Shown: piece by piece, positions 59,770 to 64,000 of the stretch
Position numbering within the stretch: position 1 is the stretch's first letter
How the letters are laid out: each line of letters starts with the position of its first letter
Assembly: GCA_964036045.1 (NCBI GenBank)
Contig: OZ038379.1
Location: 30,814,001-30,878,000, forward strand
Source of the DNA: Eutreptiella sp. 'Long Island Sound 2002'
Taxonomy: Eukaryota; Protista; Euglenida
Reading direction: 5' to 3'
Length of the DNA stretch: 64,000 nt
Notes under the pieces: generated by a model
Database searches by the model: none
Seen by the model: only the letters and a program-made list of their open reading frames with translations
What the model was told of the DNA's origin: nothing
Program-made: the position numbers and the translations under genes

Positions 59770-61405
59770 TCAGAAGCTGCACAACAGCAGCGCCATTAGT
59801 GGCAGCGAGACTGTTGCAAACTCTTCCAATAATTGTACATTTGCGAAAAGCCGTTTGTGGGTGAAATTTCGCAAACCCTGGGACTTCTTGGACCAATTTG
59901 CCTCATGTTCTCCAGTACATGAGCCCGCAATCACGCCGCAAGCAATGCGACACCAAGCACAGGAAAGACATGGACTCACAACTGTGTCGTGGGATGTGTG
60001 TGTGCGTGATTTTGGTGCCAGGGAATGCGCTTGCTTCATCCGCTTGCTGATGAGGCGCAGGGCTGGACATGAAACATCTTGTTTTTGTGAACCGTCAGAC
60101 TGTTGCTCACACAGAGCAGTGGTTCAGGGTCCAGTCACAAAATTTCGCCAGGAACATTTTTGTGACCGTCCTAAACGGCGAAATTTTTTGTACAAGAATT
60201 TCCCTTCGGCTGTACCTGAAACTGCTCAGGAGCTGCGAAGGCCATTGAACACCACAAGGCTCGCTGGGTGCACATGACTTTCTCCAAAACCAGCCATCTT
60301 GGCCAATGCGAGCGGGGGATACAACTCTCAGCAGTGGTCGCAATGGGTAGCTCCAAAGTAGAGGGAAGCGAGCGGACTGGGAAAGCCCCCCTCCCTTGTG
60401 CCAATTCCAGTTACTCCGAGCCCTAGTACGGTCACCTAATCGGGGAGAGTACCTCAGCCTTTTGAGTCTTTGACCTCGATCATCATCATTACTGCGGACG
60501 GAGCTCATGCTGACACTGCGGCTTGAATTCCGACTGGCACTGTACCGTTGAGCAGGTCCTGGCTCAGGATCTGAAACATCGCAGAGGAGAAACAACCACT
60601 ACCAGCGCTCTTCGCCGCTCTACAACCCCATCCGCCGATCCCTTCGCCCCTACCCTATACTTAGCAACCTACCACCCATCTCCAACACAAAACACCCCTG
60701 TTTAACGCTCCACAACCCAGGTCAACAGGACTGAACCGCTACAACAGCACGCACTCCTCTCCAATGCACACTGCCTTTGCAACACTCTCCACCTGTCCCA
60801 ACACACTCCGTACCTCCAGCAATCTCCACCTGCGCACACCATGTCTGCAAGAGGCCCCCTGCGTGGGGTGTATGCACAGCGGCAGAACACAAACACGTGA
60901 TGCCATACCTGCAAGGGGTTCGTCAACACTTGACAAGGAGCGTCGGCGGGCACCAGGGCCATTGGATGGGGCAGCAGCAGGGCTTCCAGAGCTGGCACTG
61001 GGACTGCGTGACTGCATCCCAGCACGCGCCTTTGTGGCAGGCGCAGAGGCCTTGGCCTGGGTGACAAACAGTGGGTGCGCGGTTGTGGAGTTGAACTCGA
61101 GGTCAACGCGTGAGGTGTAAAAACGACCACTGCGTTGCCCTGATTTGGCACGCCTTGTAGCAGAACCACACAGATGGGGAGGCAGACACAGAGACACACG
61201 CAAGCCTGGCGAAACAGGGGGAGTGTATGATACTCCCAGGACTATCTGCGCTGAGGGCCACGCACATCGAGGCATAACCACAAGACTTCAATACTTCATA
61301 GGAAAAAAGAACCCGATCACGGCACCAACGACGCACGCTAGGGAGAGGGGCTTCGACTACTAATGTGACAAAACATACATTCAAATCGGCACAACAAAGC
61401 CTCAA
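59770..61405 (-). mobile_element. possible KDZ (Kyakuja/Dileera/Zisupton) transposase relic
   Basis: Fragments in the expected order across broken frames: RDRVLFSYEVLKS (CxC-like), FCRCAYTP, VMCTQRALWCSMAF, MFLAKFCDWTLNHC, GEHEANWS. Confidence 0.3.
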
Positions 61406-62554
61406 TCATGGATAATTGTGCCTTACTTTGTTTTATTGAAACTCCAACTGACTGTACAAGGAGCAGGAGCTGCAGCACGCAGGAGGAATGATACTGTTTG
61501 GAAATCCTGCCAAAATCCTTAGGGGAACTCAAACGGAAATTACTTTGCGTGCCTGCAGGTGTGCATGTGTGGTGGTCTGGCAACTCAGCCGCGGTGCATT
61601 TTGTGCGTGGGTTCCCGGCATATCCCTTGACCCCAATGCAAACCATCACAGGTGTCGTCTGTTGCATCAACGCTAACAAGGGGTAGAGCTTCTCGATAGT
61701 GTGCACAGTTGACAGCATCAGTTGTGCTCTGCACTGGTATTGTGGTACAGTGTAAATGCCCTTCCTCCTTAGGGGTCCCGCACACCCGCCTACGCACCAA
61801 CAATCCATGAAACTGAAATTGGTCGCCCTCGTCCTCGAAAAAGCTCCAGCAAATGGAAAAGGAGCATGATCGCTTGGTTAGCCAAAGCAACGGTGCAGCG
61901 AACCTCAGTGTCAGTTTCGTCAGTGTTATGGTCAAGAGGCATCGTACCGCGGCTTGCACTTACCTTTGGCTTGTCTTGTCTTTCCCATTTCACGCACTTC
62001 ACCGCCTGCTGTGTACTTGGCGCACGATGTCCTTGCTTTGAGGTCTTGTATTGTTGTTTTATAATAAAACTCTTTGAAAACCAAAGCTTGCTGCCACAAA
62101 ACTTATTTGCGGCACTTCAGTTTCGCAGGACATGAGAGCGTGTAAGGGGTGTCGCAATCTGCAGGGTAGAGGTACGGGGTAGGACTATGCAAACCGTGCT
62201 TCAGCTTCCGTCCAGAGGCTGTTGGGCACAGCCAGTAGAACTGGTCGGAACCCCAACAACGCCATCCGGCCAGCACATGGGAGCTGGTTGCATGAAGGGC
62301 AGCTGTGTGTAACATCTGACAAGTGGTGACAAGTGGCAAAACAGAAGGTCCACCTTTTTCAGCCGCATTTTGAGCGAGGCCCACTCCTCCGAGCTGCTGC
62401 GAGATCTCCTCATGGGCTTTGCAGAGGCTATGGGTGCAGTCTTGGGGTCAGCCATGCCCCCATCGTCGTCGCTGGAGTCTGAAAATGCACAAACACAAAC
62501 GGGAACCCACTGGGCGCTGGCTGCTATGGTGTAACAATCAGCACTTGAGTGAAT

Positions 62555-62822
62555 AGGGAAGTAATGGTGGGAAGTAGTGGTGGGAAGTAGTGATGGGAAG
62601 TAGTGCTGGGATTTGAAGTAGTGGTGGGATGGGAAGTGGTGGGATTGGAAGTAAGGGTGGAATGGGAAGTAGTATTGGGATCGGAAGTCGTGGTGGGAAG
62701 TAGTAGTGGGAAGTAGTGGTCGAAAATAGTGGTCCAAAGCAGTGGTGGGAGCTGGTAATGGGAAATAGTGGTGGGAAGTAGTGGTGGGATGGCGAGTAGT
62801 GGTGGGATAGGAAGTAGTGGTT
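62555..62822 (+). repeat. ~13-bp minisatellite (GGGAAGTAGTGGT) array
   Basis: Many degenerate copies; followed by ~20-bp gtttgtgcacag repeats at 62820-62950. Confidence 0.9.
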
Positions 62823-64000
62823 TGCACACAGTGCCCTCTGTTTGTGCACAGCGCCCTTCGTTTGTGCACAGTGTCTTCCGTTTGTACACAGTGACAGTGG
62901 CCTCAATATGTACACAGCGACCTCGGTTTGTACACAGCGGCCTCTGTTGAATACGCTTGGCCACACTTAGAATGAGCTTGCGGGACACTTTGTATGAGGT
63001 TGCCCAGATTATGTATGAGCTTACCCACACTCAATCAGCTTGCTCACACTTTCACACGCTGACTCTGACCATGACCAAGGGCCTTAACACACAGCAATAC
63101 ATCGCACTGTGGCACAAGATAGGAAGGACTGCAACTGCGAACGATCTAGCCGAGGCGGGGAAAAATACATCTGCACAAGGCCATGAACTGGGGCTGGACA
63201 TAGATCTGCGCACGGTTGGTACCATGGTGAGACCCTGCAGGCCATGCCTAGTGGAGGTTAAAGCCAGCCGCACCTACCATGGAGGAGGTGTGGCCGTACT
63301 ACTTACCAATCAAGAGATGGTGGCTCATGAGTAGGAGGAGGCCTGCTAATGGAGCCCAGCAGAAGTGGGAGCCTGCTGCTCACTGTTGCATGCGTGAGGT
63401 GCAAGTTCGCTGCCCAGTGGCCTATTGGTCTGCGACCTTAAAATCTGGCAGAAATTGGAGGATGCGGAAGTGTGAGGCTGTCACCATACCATGAGGAGTT
63501 GGACAGCCGCCTATGGCAAGGGGAGGCCAAAAACTGCTGCCGGGGAGGTTAACAGCTGCGGGCAACAAATGGTGCCCGGTCTTCTGCGAAGAAATTATGC
63601 TGCTGCCAATGCCAAGAAGGGAAAGACTGCTGCCCATGCCATGCAGAGATGGCGGGCTGCAAGCTGCTGATGAAGGAAGTGGGAGGCTCCAGCCTATGGC
63701 CGTCCGTCTAACCATTGTATGACACCCTGTGCAAGCGTTGTGCCATTGTGACGTCCCTATTCAACACCCACCTGGTCATTTACCTTCACCTCTGTTCACC
63801 ACAATCATACCAGGGGTTAACTCACGGTTCGTGGGCCGTGGGGCGGGCTTCTTGGTGTCCTCGTCACTAGAATCAGGGGTGAGCTCCCTGTACACCCTCT
63901 TTGACACTGGTGCATCAAGATGTTGGGGGGCTGCACGCTTTTTGGTCGCAAGCTTGGTCGTCACCTTCACTGCAGCAGACAAAAAGACGCATCAACAAAT

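Noticed and set aside
1-64000. Spliced-leader exon or SL-RNA/5S repeat
   Set aside because: No match to the euglenid SL sequence as I recall it (ACTTTCTGAGTGTCTATTT...) was seen on either strand by eye; a formal search was not possible.

Overview
This is repeat-dominated, gene-poor eukaryotic nuclear DNA, most likely from a photosynthetic euglenid (Eutreptiella/Euglena-like). That is an inference from a euglenozoan-type mitochondrial ATP synthase delta subunit and a PsbP-family gene with a signal peptide + transit peptide + twin-arginine presequence. Three host genes can be reconstructed by eye, all on the minus strand: (1) a PsbP-domain thylakoid-lumen protein (exons about 4128-4436, 2685-3071 and 1-153, running off the left edge); (2) a 3-exon, 644-aa secretory protein made of two tandem GT25-like glycosyltransferase domains (15077-19461), the first with an altered catalytic motif; (3) an intronless F1-ATPase delta gene (31318-31860). 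The clearest unusual structure is a young APE-type LINE insertion (21687-24074). It has a perfect 17-bp target-site duplication, its poly(A) tail is inverted relative to its ORFs (twin-priming geometry), and its ORF2 starts with a hydrophobic leader and a 2A-like GDVHPNPG motif. The rest is a mosaic of TA-flanked TIR elements with poly-C/poly-G ends, a TIR element built from ~162-bp tandem units, a repeat carrying a tRNA-Cys-like cassette, microsatellites, and degenerate transposase/retroelement relics. Most ORFs in the supplied track are spurious frames across these repeats. No rRNA, CRISPR array or recognisable spliced-leader exon was seen. All family assignments come from motif recognition, not database searches.
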